Both the position numbers and the translations under genes were made by a program. Below are positions 39,687 to 54,500 of a DNA stretch of 64,000 bases, piece after piece. The stretch's first letter is position 1; each line of letters opens with the position of its first letter. The stretch comes from Octopus sinensis (taxonomy: Eukaryota), in assembly GCF_006345805.1 (NCBI RefSeq), contig NC_042998.1, forward strand, positions 19,468,001 through 19,532,000, given 5' to 3'. The notes beneath the pieces were generated by a model, which was not told the DNA's origin, ran no database searches, and saw only the letters and a program-made list of their open reading frames with translations.

Positions 39687-40747
39687 TAGATATATATGAA
39701 CACTTTCCACTCTAACTATATGCATATATATACATACATTAACACATATACACAACGGTTTTCTTTGAATAATTTATTGTACCTCTCTGTCGATTTATGT
39801 ACAGAGCACGTCAAGAAAACATGGCAGTGAGATTTGACGTGGACTGCTTCTAGCGTTTTGGCGTATATTGAGAATTATGCTTTCGGAAAGACGTACTTAA
39901 GCAGTATGCGTATGTACATGACACTATATACAGAGAACAGAGACTCTAAAAAGATCCATCTACTATTTCCGGGAATATTATTGATTCAAATGATAGGCAC
40001 AAAAATATGTATGTCTATGTATGTACGTTTTTGTACAATGTGTGCGTGTGTTTGTTTACGCGCCCGTATATGCTCGTGGAATTTTATTTCTGCGTTTCTC
40101 ATACGTGCGTGAGTGAATGTATTTATTATCATTATATCGAAAGTTCCCTTACAGAGCACTTTAATAATTTTCGGATGCGTAGTCCCTTTGAAAACTATCC
40201 TCTTATCTTTATAATTGAATTTCATTTATAAATTTCTAATTATCGTAAACAATTTAATTTCTTATGAAGTACATGAAATATTTGTTTAGAAAATATAATT
40301 CACATGAAATATTTTCTATAGTTTTTTAACTATTAGAATCAAAATTATGATTTATATCCAAAACGATACCTATTCTTTTGGTGCATAAATTACATTTTAA
40401 CAATTTCTATTCAATGCCATAAAATGCTTTACAGAGACACGCGAAACGCGATAAACAAATTGGCAAAAAATATAAAATATGCATAGGAAATAGCTTTTAA
40501 CGAAACGTCTCCATAAAATTCGCTTTCAATGAAATGTAATCTAAAGATTAATTTAAGCAGAATATATTCTAATTATTATAATATAACCAAATAAGATAAC
40601 GAGAAAATTAATCCAAATTAGGCAATAATGCAAATTTTCAATAACTATGTGTGATTTAATGATTGTATCCAATTTATTTTTGATGAGAGTACAAAGCATA
40701 ACTAAAGATTTGAATGTAAATCATTATTTATCAATGTAGTATGTAAT

Positions 40748-41050
40748 ATCACCGTGATCACCGTGACCGACCAGGCTATCAGATGTTGCTACACACCGCT
40801 GGTCGCAATACGCTTCGCATTGTTTTAGCCTTCAAATGACGCCACCCTGCTCGCGTAGCCGACAAAAGAGAGAGTGATAGAAAGTTGTGGCGAAAGAGTA
40901 TAGCGGGGATCGCCATCACCCCCTGCCGGAGCTTCGTGGAGCTTTAGGTGTTTTCGCTCAATAAACACTCACAACGCCCGGTCTGGGAATCGAAACCGCG
41001 ATCCTACAACTGCGAGTCCGCTACCCTAACCACTGGGACATTGCGCCTCC
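40748..41050 (-). mobile_element. SINE family C, tail variant 2
   Basis: Same head as 22136; tail ...GCAACATCTGATAGCCTGGTCGGT(CACGGTGAT)2. Confidence 0.88.
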
Positions 41051-41079
41051 TCAGTACGTAATATATGCAGTCATATATA

Positions 41080-41957
41080 AGAGGTGATATCAAAACGTTC
41101 CAGGACTAGTTATGTTTAATAAATAGCAAAATTATTTACCTATGTTTTAACATCATCTCCTTCGAAATAGTCCCTTCGGGCAGCAATAAAGGGGTTTCAG
41201 TGGACCTGTCAATTCTGGAATGGCCTAGAAGTCATTTTCCGTAGGCGAGCCGTCGACCTTTTGTGATTCGCTCCAGATCTCGACAGCGGTGTTAAAACGG
41301 CAACCTCTAAGCTACATTTTCATCTTTGGGAAGAGATGGAAATCCGCATGCCCTGAATCTGGCAAATAGGGTGGGTACGAAAGTGATTCCATGCTGTTTT
41401 TAGCGAGAAACACACGAGTGAGGAGAGCTAGGTGACAAGGTGCATAGCCTTCTTGAATAATCAAATTCTTCACGTTCCACCGATCAGGTCGCGCAAACGC
41501 TTCAAAACGTCGCGGTAGAACTCTCAATTGACGGTCCGCTTCGGGAGGACAAATCTCGATGAACAATACACACTTCTGGAGGTCAAGCACATGGCAGGTT
41601 TGCAAGTTCGCTCATCATTTCCAGGGACGTTCTTCCGCTTTTGAAGCGCCTGTGCCACTCAAAACATTTTGTACGACCCATTGCCTCGTCAGTTTAAGTT
41701 TGCTGAAGCATGCTCAATGACTCTACGGCGATTGTCCCAAGCTTAACGCGAAATTTCGCGTTAGCTCTTTGTTCTTGTCCATGACACAATCGTAGGCTAC
41801 AGCATGCATGTAATCTCAAATAACACAAATTCCACAACTTTCGAAATAAACGCAACCTCATTAATGTCACTGCTAGTGCTCACTACGCATGCAAACGTAT
41901 GCTACCATCTTTTGGCGCGCTACAGAACTAGTCCGTGAACGTTTTGATCCCAACTTG
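41080..41957 (-). mobile_element. Internally deleted, degenerate mariner transposon
   Basis: TIR core ATCAAAACGTTCnnGGACTAGTT at both ends. The N-terminal remnant KCFEWHRRFKSG and the C-terminal PPYLPD..ADFHLFPKMK (YSPDLAP-like motif) are present. Confidence 0.88.
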
Positions 41958-41977
41958 TGTTGTGTACACACACATAT

Positions 41978-42038
<61 letters not shown>

Positions 42039-42040
42039 TT

Positions 42041-42092
<52 letters not shown>

Positions 42093-42882
42093 ATATATAC
42101 CTGGAAATAATTACCTAATTTATATTCAACTTCGTAAGTTTTATTTTTTTACAAATTATATTTTTGAAAATTAAACTATTTCTTTGTAAATTCACAAATA
42201 ATGAAAACCTAATCAAAATGTAGTTTAATTACCGCATACAAATGCTTTCAATATCATTAAGAGACACCGAAGGATATTAAAAAATGTTATTTGGATGTCA
42301 TTCTGTATTGCAAGACACTTCCTAACAAATGACGTGAACGCACTTTAAATATTGTACCTTCTAAATTCATAAATTCCTCTATAATTTGCAACATCAGAAA
42401 ATATAAAATGCTAATGGGCTGCACTCGCAGAAGAGGTTAACAAATTTGGAGGTACATGCATATTATAGACCACGAAAAGAATATGCATTGCAGACGTATT
42501 AGATGGGGCAAACGATGGACGTACATACGTAGATCAATAACTGGTCCACATTCGCTCAACAAGCTGCAACATCAACAATTTGATTTGTCGAAAACACTAT
42601 TTCTAGATGCAGAGCGACTGCTTAACTCCGACCAGTTCTAAATATCAAATTTTGTTTTGATTACCAGCTGAATGTATGGGCGTATAATCATTGAATATTA
42701 ATTGGACGGCACACAGTTGCCTAGATCATCACTTTGTTTCCAGTGTACTACTGCAAGACAACACATCTGTATGCGGAGGTGTAATGCACGGGGATTTATA
42801 TGTATTGCTTCTCGTCGTTTGGTTGACTCTGTGCAATAAAACTTCTACTTAAGAAATACCAAAAGGCGACGCAGTAGCATCA

Positions 42883-43113
42883 GCGACGAGCTGGCAGAGA
42901 CGTTAGCACGCCGGCCGAAATGCGTAGCCGTATTTCGTCTGCCGCTACGTTCTCAGTTCAAATTGAGCCGAGGTCGACTTTGCCTTTCATCCTTTCGGGG
43001 TCGATTAAATAATTACCAGTTACGTACTAGGGTCGATGTTATCGACTTAATCCGTTTGTCTGTCCTTGTTTGTCCTCTCTGTGTTTAGACCCTTGTGGAG
43101 AGTAAAGAAATAG
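42883..43113 (+). mobile_element. SINE family B monomer, tail 1
   Basis: Collinear with 27095-27326 and 48328-48559. Confidence 0.9.
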
Positions 43114-45494
43114 GAATGTTGTGGAAACTAGGGAGATTTTATATTTGAAATCATTTTCATATCTATGTTATAGAAGATCTCATTGTACTCAGAAGTACAT
43201 GAGATATTGAATAATGTTCTCTTTTATAAACTGTTCCAACAAAATGTGATGTTGTTGGCCGAAACATATTTCAAAATAGACTTCTCTAAATATCTTGTAC
43301 CCGGGACTACATAATAGCATTCGCAACTATGTTGAGGCGAGCCAATGCGATCGATCGATTGGCAAGAATTAACAATCAAGTCAGACCCTAACATCATCAA
43401 CAAGTATGCACAGGATAGAAAATATCTTATATATAAGGAAAAGAATCCCGGATGATAATGGCCGGGATGCCTTTGCTTAGAAGTTTGACACAGCAACAAC
43501 TCCAACAACAACAACAAACCTGGTTACTCTCTACAAGTAACTGAACTGAATGACATTGCAAAATATATTTAGAAATGTCCATAATATACGAAAACAAATC
43601 ATATATATACTTGGACAGCTAACGCAACTGACAGCCGTCACTTCGCTCTACAACTCATTTGCTTGGAAATCAATAAACATCAAGTGCATTTCTTATCTAT
43701 ACTGAAATAAATCTGTGTCTTTGCAATAAATGTTCCTACATCTGAAACGAAAACATCAAGTTCACCGAAAGTTTCATAGGCTAAAGTTGTAAATGTAAAA
43801 GTAAACGAAGAAGTGTATTCATCTTTATCTTTATATTCGGTCCCAATATTTGTAAGTTTTCACCAAACTCTATTTTTCGTTGTTGCTGGTACAATATGCG
43901 ATCAATGAGATTTGTAGGTTCCAGCATCAGGATGTCACATTTGGGCAAGTCGTCTGTCCTTTCTTTGCCATATATTGATTCTCATAATCGCACCTTGTGG
44001 AATAATTCATTATTTTGCCGGTATGTCCGCTGAATATTAGCCTGTGTTTAGTTAAAGCTGGATATACCTTCATGTGTCCCCATAGTTGGATGCTTACTTT
44101 TCTTATAGCCGGTTATGTACGTAGTCTATAATTCTAATAATTGTTTTACTGAGAGTTCGACATTGCACTTTGTAGACAACTATACTTTCAAGAACTCCCC
44201 TAAAGTATGCCATTTTTATGCCGGCTCAATTCCCCACCGCCATCATCAGCCGTTCAAGAATTTGGACCTGGAGATCTCCATTTCCAGCGACTTCGAGGGC
44301 CACCTCCCAGTGGTGTCGGGCGTCAACGAAGATCCCTTGACTACAATAAGACGACAAAAGTTTTTTTTTTTTCCAAAGTCTGGGGTCTCCCGCCCCTAAG
44401 CACTAGACCATCACCTAATCACCCTTACCCGTCTTGTTGCTTAACAACAACAACAACAACAACAGCAGCAGCAACAACCATCAATATTTCTCACTATAAA
44501 TATTTACACTCTATATATTACATTATACTTTTCTAGCTAATAGACCTAATTTGCATTGCGCTTATTATCGTATGTTTCTGCTAATTTCACGGCTCATTTA
44601 ATTCAATGGAGCACTTTTCATAATCGAATAATATATCCCTGTGATGAGCATTGTATGTATCTGCGATAGTGTACATATCTCTCTATATTTCATCTACTGT
44701 GTAAGCATCAAAGTCAACATATGCATTCTTCCATTCAGCTATCGTTATGCTCCAACGTTGTTAGATTTTTTCGCAAGGTTTGGAGATTTTCTCTTTTCCT
44801 TTCCATATATAAATCGGACATGCCTGATTATTCTCCTTCCCACAGATTATAGTTTTACGATGTAGGCAGGGAACAACTGCGGAAGATAAAACGACAGGAA
44901 AAAACAGTACTTATGGTTGGCCTTCATAAAATCCTTGGAAAGCGTAGCATAGAATTTAACATTATGCACTTGCCATTAATTGAGAAAGAATGACAAAGCA
45001 TTAAAAGAAATGATTTCAAAGGTCATGAATCATACCATCTAATTATCGTGCAGGGGCAAAATAATATACGTATATACGTATTTATATGTGTAGTTGTATG
45101 TATGAATAGTGGGGCTCGTGTGTGTGTCTATATGGATAAGTCTTTGTGAGAACCCACGTAGGTTTTCTGTTTTTGGTTCTGGCCATTTACTTGCTCAGTG
45201 GGCAGGTTGAAGATGAAAGATATTTTATTGCCATAAATGGTAATCGTGTTCTTTTCGCCATTGACCGACTAATCAGGCTTTCAATTTGAAAAACTTTACA
45301 TTTATATTGCCCCAGATATCGCGATCATCTGTAGCGCGTGATTGTGAGGCTGCGGTCATTCGATAAGAATCCAGATTCAGTAATGTGTATGCATGGATGT
45401 GCGTTTGTGAATGGCACTTCCTTTGTTTTCCAATGTATCTATACACACACACACACACACACACACCCATACACCCACACGCTCTTCAATAGAA

Positions 45495-45495
45495 T

Positions 45496-45586
<91 letters not shown>

Positions 45587-45602
45587 TGATAGGTAGACAG
45601 AC

Positions 45603-45650
<48 letters not shown>

Positions 45651-45670
45651 TGATAGGTAGACAGACAGAC

Positions 45671-45746
<76 letters not shown>

Positions 45747-45760
45747 TGATGGATCGATGG
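45495..45760. repeat. Compound (GATA)n microsatellite
   Basis: Direct inspection. Confidence 0.97.
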
Positions 45761-46668
45761 AGGGAGGGATAGATAGACAGTCGCATACAAGCAAACATAC
45801 ATGTATATGTTTATTTGTGTATGTATGTATATGTATGTATGCATGTATGTATGTAAGTGCATATGTATATGAGGTGTGTCAAGGGGCTTGGTTGTGTTTG
45901 AGCACGTTTGTGTTTGAGAACAGGCGCCTTTGATAGAACGCTGCTGATTCAATTAGATATTCCTCCAGGCTGAACTTAGTGCTGTATACAATGCATTTAA
46001 AGGGAGCGTATGTCAAGCGATGATGATATATATTAAATGAGCGATCGGAAATGAATCTAAAGAAAGATAAAACGATTATGGAGGGAAGGAGAAGGAGAAG
46101 AGTGTTTATGAAGGAAGAACAAGAGATCAAAAGAAAAACGAGATCGTGGAAGGAAATCATATAGTAGGAAATTAATGTAGTTATCACTTTCGTTTGTGGT
46201 TGAGCTTAAATGGTTTGATGGAATACTGCGGTACTTGACAATCATAGCAAGTATTGCATTAGTTCAAAAGTGGTTAGAAAATATAGCTCAACGTAATTTT
46301 AAATTTGACAATTATAGGATACTTTAATAAACCAGTGAGTACAAACATTCAGTTCACCCACTATGTTGGATGAGTTGTTGCTTTGTAATCGAGAGGTTCT
46401 GGGTTCTGGTCTATTGTGTAATATATTAAGCACGACAATTTAATTAGTGAATCTGGCCGATCCAAGGACTTGTCATAGAAATTTGATACATGGAAACGAT
46501 ATATTTACTTCTATTTGGGAAATTCTTCGCCACGTAGACACCAATTCTTCGCCACGTAGGATAGTGAGTTGATTGAGGAAATGTAAGATCAACGTCGAAA
46601 ACGCGCATATATACATTCTGAGAATAGGTAGTGGAAATAGGATTTCCCATTGGTGAGAAATAGTTATG

Positions 46669-46711
<43 letters not shown>

Positions 46712-46799
46712 AAACAAACACAAGCACAATTCACACTCAAACACACACATACACACACACTCACACACATGAATACATACATGCATAATGTATACATCT

Positions 46800-47015
46800 G
46801 TTTCTGGGTTATTGAACTTTATCAGCGTGAAGTAGCTTGGTTGACTAGATGTCGCCACTGAACTGCCGTGGAAAACATATATATTTCAAAGTAACACGCA
46901 TCACTGATCCACATAATAGAAATTTTATTATTTCTAAATCTCTCAAAGAGTGATCTACAGTAACAGCATCATAAAGTAATGACTGGACGCTGATAAAGTT
47001 CAATAACCCAGAAAC
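46800..47015. mobile_element. MITE-like element with 29-bp perfect inverted repeats
   Basis: gtttctgggttattgaactttatcagcgt (46800-46828) is mirrored at 46987-47015; no clear TSD. Confidence 0.65.
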
Positions 47016-47194
47016 TAGTCCGTGGGCGCGAAGTTGTGCTGGGTAGAGCTACGGATTTCCCCTGATCGAAAATATAAGGACACAGAAATTTTTGTGCCGT
47101 ATAGCCAGCTGGAAACGATATCTCCTGGGGCTAAATGACAGTAATGGGACTGCCACATTATGTTGGCAAAAATCATTACTTTATGTGTGTGTGT

Positions 47195-47493
47195 GGAGGC
47201 GCAATGGCCCAGTGGTTAGGGCAGCGGGATCGCGGTCGTAGGATCGCGGTTTCGATTCCCAGACCTGGCGTTGCGAGTGTTTATTGAGCGAAAACACCTA
47301 AATCTCCACTCGGCTCCGTCTGTTGGGGGGCTACCCTGCTGTACTCTTTCGCCACAACTTTCTCTCACTCTTTCTTCTGTTCGCCGGCTCGCTTAGCCAG
47401 CGGGGTGACGTCGTTTGAAGGCTAAAACAATGCGAAGCGCATTGTGACCAGCGATGTGTAGCAACATCTTCTCGCCTGGTCGGTCACAGTGAT
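47195..47493 (+). mobile_element. SINE family C, tail variant 2
   Basis: Collinear with 40748-41050. Confidence 0.88.
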
Positions 47494-47959
47494 ATATATA
47501 TAAGCGAGGTGATTCTCAGAAGTCCTTTCCTCCAAGGGTATCGCGAAAGGCCTGATTGGAGACCCAAACTTGTGAGTTCTGTTGAGGGACTTAGAAAAAC
47601 AGAATTACCACCGCAATAACTCTGAGTCTGACATGGTAGTACGTTGAATAAAATCATAATTAACTGAACCTCCTGTATTTTCTTCAACACAAATCCAGGT
47701 TCCTTTCATAACCCTACCCTCGTGTATACATACATATAAAGAGAGAGGGACACACACACACACTTACAAACACACTTATACACTCATACACACACTCACA
47801 CAAACACAGGCATACTCGTATATATATGATTGGGAGACAAATGTTCAGGAGGTGGCTTGCAGGTGGTGGTAGTGTTATTAACGGTAATGTGTGGTTACTC
47901 ATTCCATTGAAATTTTTATCAACTACTGTGATAAACAAGTTTATTGTTCGTGCAGAAAT

Positions 47960-48700
47960 CTACGAAATTCTTACATTCTCTTGATTTCCTGTAATTCAGA
48001 CCGTCCCAAGGTGACAGCAGACAAAATGGAGGAGGCGGTGTTCCGAAAGATAGCGAGGTAGGTGAACCAAAATAGCTACCCTGTCTCACGCATTTACGGA
48101 TAACCAGCTCTGTCCACATACTGGTGAGCAGAGATGTGGGCCGGGGTCCGAGGACGCTGTCGGTCTCCTCTGCCAAGATCTCGATTATAGACATGTTGGA
48201 GAACGATGCAGTGATTGTTTGCTTTTCTCAACTTGACGAGCAGCGGAGCTTGTGCTAGTACCTGAACACACAAGATGCTGCCGAAGAAGGTGTTACAGCA
48301 AGTGGCATCCCTGATTAGGGGCCTACCTATTTCTTTACTACCCACAAGGGCTAAACACAGAGAGGACAAACAAGGACAGACAAACGGATTAAGTCGATTA
48401 TATCGACCCCAGTGTGTAACCGGTACTTATTTAATCGACCCCGAGAGGATGAAAGGCAAAGTTGACCTCGGCGGAATTTGAACTCAGAACGTAACGGCAG
48501 ACGAAATACGGCTACGCATTTCGCCCGGCGCGCTATCGTTCCTGCCAGCTCACCGCCTTTTAGGGGCCTACCGACACGGAACAGAAACATTGTCATACCG
48601 TTGAATCTTTTATCGTCCCCTCGGTCGAGCTCTGCTGCCTCGAGCCGAGAAGGGAAGCTTGCAGCATCTAGGCCCTCCATGCTTTATATATATTATGTGG
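47960..48700 (-). pseudogene. GC-rich island, possibly a very degenerate non-LTR RT fragment, split by a SINE B insertion
   Basis: After removing the SINE and one TSD the frame reads through (...FRVGRPLIRDA...). RPL.., LRKA and VIRKCVRQG loosely recall the RT motifs RPI, DLxKAFD and GVRQG. Confidence 0.3.
48328..48559 (-). mobile_element. SINE family B monomer with 13-bp target-site duplication
   Basis: TSD TTAGGGGCCTACC at 48315-48327 and 48560-48572. Confidence 0.95.
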
Positions 48701-49599
48701 AGGGATGGATACAGAGAGGTAGGAATCGTGATAATTCTATTGATAACACGATGCCTGACAATTACAACTCTAAGGTCATGTAGGTAAAATATTTGCTTGT
48801 ATATAATGTCAGTATTTATGTGTGTTGTGTGTGTGTTTTTGCGAAACTGACAGATCCAGGACTTTTGTAATTAACGTTTTCAAAATATGGAAACGCTGAA
48901 ATAATGAGAAAGGAAATAAAGCGATAACTTATATCTAACCTAATAACCTATATCGATCTCACTCGACATGTGTATATCTATGCTTGTGCGTGCATGCTTG
49001 CTCGTGTGCGTGTGTGTGCGTGCGCGTGGGTGTGCGTGTGCATGTGTCTTTACATGTTTGTGTAAGCATACGTGCTTATGTATGTGTGCGTATGTGTGTG
49101 TATGTATGTATGTATGTGTATACGCATGTAAGTATAGTGAGCCAGTTTATATGTCTGTGCATTGTGTATATTTCTGTGTTTTGAGCCCGCCTGCTACGCT
49201 GATGCTTATTTATTAGTAATTATCTAAGTTTTTAGTTTTGTTCTGTTACACAAGCTTACTCGATACATTTTACAATTAAACGTGAGTAGCTCAGTCGTTC
49301 TCTTCGTATCTGTCAATTATTCGGCGTCTAAATTTCTGTCTGTTTATCACGGGAATCTATAAGTTATCATTTCAACAGCGTACCTAATATGTTCTTATTG
49401 GATTATAGTAGAATATACTTATTCTCCAAATACAGTAAAGCTTCTATTGGAAAACTGAACACACTTCAAAAGTGGTTTGAAACCACAAAGATACTCTACA
49501 TATCTATCTATCTCTATATATAATTCACTACACTTCCCTCCCTACTCTCTCCCTCACTCTCTCTCTCTCTCCCTCTCTCTCTCTGTAGACATAATATAT

Positions 49600-49648
<49 letters not shown>

Positions 49649-49663
49649 ATATATATATATTTA

Positions 49664-50090
49664 GGAGCAGGAGTGGCTGTGTGGTAAGTAGCTTGCTTAC
49701 CAACCACATGGTTCCGGGTTCAGTCCCACTGCGTGGCACCTTGGGCAAGTGTCTTCTACTATAGCCTCGGGCCGACCAAAGCCTTCTGTGTGGATTTGGT
49801 AGACGGAAACTGAAAGAAGCCCGTCGTATATATGTATATATATATATATATGTATGTGTGCGTGTATGTTTGTGTGTCTGTATTTGTCATCCTAGCATTG
49901 CTTGACAACCGATGCTGGTGTATTTATGTCCCCGTCATATAGCAGTTCGACAAAAGAGACCGATAGAATAAGTACTGTGCTTACAAAGAATAAGTCGCGG
50001 GGTCGAGTTGCTCGACTAAAGGCGATGCTCCAGTATGGCCGCAGGCAAATGACTGAAACAAGTAAAAGAGTAAAAGAATAAAAAGTGTAT
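49664..50090 (+). mobile_element. SINE family A
   Basis: Full-length collinear copy directly after a (TA)n tract. Confidence 0.92.
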
Positions 50091-50991
50091 ATAGGTGCGT
50101 GTAGAGAGAGAGAGGGAGAGAGAGGGTGAGAGAGAGAAGTTATAAAAGGTAAAGGTGTCAGTAAGACCCAAAAGGCTCAAGTAATGCTAAGTAAGTACTA
50201 TGGATAGACCATAATTAAGCTCCAGGTTCGGTGATTATGCGAATAAAGAGTCCAACGTAGGTTACATATCAGCATGTGTATATATCCTTTTTTTTTTATC
50301 TCATTTGGAAATATATATATATATAAATCGGGCAAGTGAGAAAATATTATCAAAAATCATCAGAGATTAAAGATATAGAATGAAAAATCCGATAAACTTG
50401 GATTATGATTCCTAGTTCTGGCTAATGTTTCAACTCTCCTCACTAAGCTTTACCGCATGAAAAACGAACTCCATGGCGCTCTGAATTGTCGCACGCAGTT
50501 TCATAACGACTTCGACTTAAGTGTATATAATATAGTATACCTTCTACTACCATGTTCTTAATGATGAAATTACCTCTTTGTCTATATATCTACCCTCTTT
50601 GTAATGTTGGCAAATGGAGTAAATATAAAAATGTACATTGTCTATTTAATTAAAAAATTCTATATGTGACTGACGATTGTTCTACGTTTTAAAACTGATG
50701 TAATACTTGCATTGTTTAATAAAATTAAGTAGCATGAAACGATTGTACTACGCTACCTTGGATATCCGTGTTGCTTATTTTGATTATAGTATATATATAT
50801 ATGTATATATATAAATAATAAATATTAGGGAATAAATCCAAATTTACAGGGAAAAAATCAGATTTAGGATTAAATCAATTTTATAGTAAAATATTATAAA
50901 ATATTATTCGAGACAAAACCACTCTTTTGCAAAACAAACAAGGAAAGACTTAATTAATACATAAAATTTTAATAAATAGTCAAAAAAACCG

Positions 50992-51034
50992 CCACTACAA
51001 TCGTTTCTTGTCTTGATCGACAATCTTCAGGTGG
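50992..51034 (-). ncRNA. Minimal type I hammerhead ribozyme motif (left arm)
   Basis: Exact reverse complement of 56874-56916. Confidence 0.72.
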
Positions 51035-51553
51035 ACTTCCAATCTAAAAAATCAATATTTAAAATATAAAAATAATAATTTTTTTTAATTTTAAAATAAT
51101 TAAAGTATGAATGAAAAAATATAAGTATATAATCCATATATAACCTATCTATAATCCATATATAAACAATATATAAACAATATATAAACTAAAAAACCTA
51201 TCAACAATTAAATATAAAATATAAAATATAAAATATAAAATATAAAATATAAAACAAAACAAAAATAATAATAATATAATAATAAACTATATATACACCC
51301 ATACGCATATACCTAATTATATATAACCATATCTAACTACATACACTAAATCACACACCTATATATATATCCCTATACATACACATAAAAATGTCTAGGC
51401 AACTATAAATAAATAAAATAGCTAAATACTTCAACATAATACTTATTCATACTCCCACACACACACACATACAACCCACATTCACGCTCTAGAAAACGGA
51501 CATCACTCAAAACTATGAACGGAGAAATGGAATAAATGGAATTAAAAATTATA

Positions 51554-54500
51554 TTCACTTGGTAAAACGAACACTACTTAAAATTATGAATGAAACAATG
51601 CAATAAAACAACAGACATCGCAAATAGACACAAATTACTACAAATTCCTTATCAAACCTACCATGATAACCAAAACTCATAAAAACATATATGATAAAAT
51701 CTCCCTTTACTAAACTCTATAACAAACCTATATAGCAATCCCCCTAACCTAAACATTCACACACAAATACACACACGTAAACCACACACCCACGACATAT
51801 ACAAATACCCACACCACTTACACATACCAATACATACATATAAATCTCAACATATACTCCAAAAACCCACTCAACCCCACACAGACAAATAAACACAAAA
51901 ATTATGAATGGATTCTTTTATAAAACTACCATGATAAGCTAAAACTCACAAAATAGAAATGATAAAACCTCCCTTTACTAAACACTAACCATACCATACT
52001 TATATAGCAATTCCTTTAACCTATACATTCACACACAAAACCACTCGTAAACCACACACACCCATAACAAATACAAACTCCCACCCCACTCACATACACC
52101 CAGAAGTACATATAAGCCTCAACATATACACCAAACAAAATTACTTTACCAAGGAACTTAACATATATATAAAAAGTATAACCGCTCTGGAAACGAACAT
52201 CTCTAAATTAATGAATGGAGAAATGGAATAAATGGAATTAAAAATAAATTCACGTGGCAAAACGAACACCACACAAAAATTATGAATGAAACAATATAAT
52301 AAAACAACAACATCGAAAATAGACAAATTACTACGAATTCCCTAAAAAAAACCATGATAAACCAAAACTCTTAAGAAACATATAACGATAAATCTCCCTT
52401 TGCTAAACTCTATAACAAACCTATATAGTAATCCCCCTAACCTAAACATTCACACACAACACACACGTAAACCACAGACCCACGACTTATACACATACCT
52501 AAACTAACTTATAAACCTCCATATACACCAAAACCCACTCCCTCCCACACAGACAAATTAACTCATACATCCCAAAACCTAAATAACAAACCCATATACA
52601 CATTCACACACAAACACACACACACAAAACACACACACACAACAGATACATATACTCCCTCACATATACGCATATACATACTCACTAAACTCAATATATA
52701 CAACATATTTACACACCCACACTCATACAGATAAATAAATTATACAACTAAAAACTCGCACACAATCTCATATACATAAACACTCCTATGAAAACAACAT
52801 TAAATACATCGTAATAACCAAATATCAAAAATAACAATATGACATAAATGTAAATAAAATACATACTTACAATTCAGTGTCAAATTATGAAGTGAAGTTA
52901 AATTCTTAGCCGTTAAAAAATCAAACCAAAATTACGTTACCATAGAAATAACTTATGTAAAAAAAGACTAACAAACAACTTGCAGTAACCCAAACCCATT
53001 CTCTATGCCTACCTCACTACTACACTATTCCATTAACAATTCCAAACAACGCTAGTCCACCTCCCGGTTATTCACGTGGCAAAACGAACACCACTCAAAA
53101 ATTATGAATGAAACAATGTAATAAAACAACCAACATCGAAAATAGACAAATTACCACGAATTCCCTAAAAAAAACCATGATAAACCAAAACTCCTAAAAA
53201 CATATAACGATAAATCTCCCTTTGCTAAACTCTATAACAAACCTATATAGCAATCTCCCTAACCTAAACATTCACACACAAATACACACTCGTAAACCAC
53301 AGACCCACGACTTATACACATACCTATACTAACTTATAAACCTCAATATACACCAAAACCCACTCCCTCCCACACAGACAAATAACACATACATCCCAAA
53401 ACCTAACTAACAAACCATATACACATTCACACACAAACACAACACACACACACGCAAAACACACACACACACAGATACATATACTCCCTCACATATACGC
53501 ATATACATACTCACTAAACTCGATATATACAACAATATTTACACACCCACACTCATACAGATAAATAAATTAAACAACTAAAAACTCGCACACAATCTCA
53601 TATAGATAAACACACCTATGAAAAACAACATTAAATACATCGTAATTAACCAGAATATCAAAAAAACAATATGACATAAGGATAAATAAAATACATACTT
53701 ACAATTCAGTGTCAAATTATGAAGTGAAATTAAATTCTTAGCCGTTAAAAAAATCAAAACAAATTACGTTACCATAGAAATAACTTATGTAAAAAAAAGA
53801 ATACGCGCCATGGAAAGTAAACGTCATTTAAAGTATGAATGGAGAAATAGGAAAATGGAACTAAAAACTATATCCACGTGGCAAACCAACACTACTTAAA
53901 AAAATTTATTATGAATGGATTCTTTAAAAAATACCATGAAAAATCATTATATACATCTATGAACTTTAGCTCACCTTAGCATCTCTAACAAACAACTTGC
54001 AGTAACCCAAACCCATTCTCTATGCCTACCTCACTACTACACTATTCCATTCACAATTCCAAGCAACGCTAGTCCACCACCCGGTTATTCACGTGGCAAA
54101 ACGAACACCACTCAAAAATTATGAATGAAACAATGTAATAAAACAACCAACATCGAAAATAGACAAATTACCACGAATTCCCTAAAATAACCATGATAAA
54201 CCAAAACTCATAAAAGCATATAACGATAAAATCTCCCTTTACTAAACTCTATAACACAACCTATAGTAATCCCCCTAAACCTAAACATTCACACACAAAT
54301 ACACACTCGTAAACCACAGACCCACAACTTATACACATACCTATCCTAATTTATAAACCTCAATATACACCCAAACCCACTCCCTCCCCACACAGACAAA
54401 TTACACAAACATCTCAAAACCTAAATAACAACCCATATACACATTCACACAAACACACACACACACACAAAAACCACACACACACAACAGATACATATAC

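Noticed and set aside
44115-44536. GC-richer patch with overlapping open frames
   Set aside because: No motif recognised in any frame and splice signals are unconvincing.
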